Origin: Rhina ancylostomus
Taxonomy: Eukaryota
Assembly: GCA_030265395.1 (NCBI GenBank)
Contig: JARFYF010000017.1
Coordinates: forward strand, 43,556,465-43,620,464
Length of the DNA stretch: 64,000 bases
Reading direction: 5' to 3'
Shown: positions 63,740-64,000 of the stretch, in pieces
Layout: the number at the start of each line of letters is the position of its first letter
Numbering within the stretch: position 1 is the stretch's first letter
The notes under the pieces: generated by a model
Seen by the model: the letters and a program-made list of their open reading frames with translations, nothing else
What the model was told of the DNA's origin: nothing
Database searches by the model: none
Translations under genes and position numbers: made by a program

Positions 63740-64000
63740 GCTCTCCTTGATAAAGAGTACAGGGAAGCTCAGTGCCAGGATGCTCCTCAACTACCTCCCA
63801 GTAACTGAAGGTCTGATCCCTGAATTGCATTGTGGATTCTGTCCAGTTAGAGACATGATGAATATGATCTTCACCATGCATAAAGTCCAAGAAAAATTGA
63901 GGTAGAGAACTGTGGAGAATTTTCCTCAAACTGAGCTGCTCACAGGAATTATTTTCCATCTTGCATTTGGTTCATGATGGTATGCAAGGCACGAACAGAG
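63740..64000 (+). mobile_element. RTE-clade LINE RT fragment
   Basis: 'TGKLSARMLLNYLPVTEGLIPELHCGFCPVRDMMNMIFTMHKVQEKL' resembles the RTE motif 'LPESQCGFRP.R...DMIF...QLQEK'. Confidence 0.82.

Noticed and set aside
50354-64000. Further NDRG4 exons (the ...DTDWK, MPECWDG and EHDIETP exons)
   Set aside because: Not found by eye; they probably lie beyond the window or inside a gap.
1-64000. CRISPR arrays, rRNA or tRNA genes, operon-like prokaryotic systems, endogenous viral genes
   Set aside because: No regular repeat-spacer array, RNA gene or viral ORF was seen. The tRNA-like boxes belong to SINE heads, and the DNA is intron-containing vertebrate sequence.

Overview
Vertebrate nuclear DNA from a draft assembly with about a dozen N gaps. 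The repeat content (V-SINE/HE1-like, Deu-domain SINEs, CR1, Penelope, Rex1, Tx1, RTE) points to a cartilaginous fish, probably a ray or shark; this is inference. Two genes are recognisable, both on the + strand and in the same order as in mammals. GINS3 contributes its last two coding exons (148-381 and 2611-2841). NDRG4 contributes its 5' end: a CpG-island promoter candidate at about 33.5-34.3 kb and the MAGLQE...EKPLL exon at 50265-50353; later NDRG4 exons were not found and must lie beyond the window or in a gap. The rest is intron or intergenic DNA dominated by decayed retroelements, and almost all ORFs in the supplied track are spurious or LINE fragments. I cannot support a complete new biological system. 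The best leads are two young ~160 bp fold-back duplications (29.5 kb and 46 kb), a phase-compatible upstream ATG that could extend NDRG4, palindromic mini-elements built from Penelope termini, and an old ~325 bp palindrome upstream of the CpG island. Family names come from my recall of consensus motifs, not database searches. Repeat boundaries are approximate (about +/-30-50 bp).
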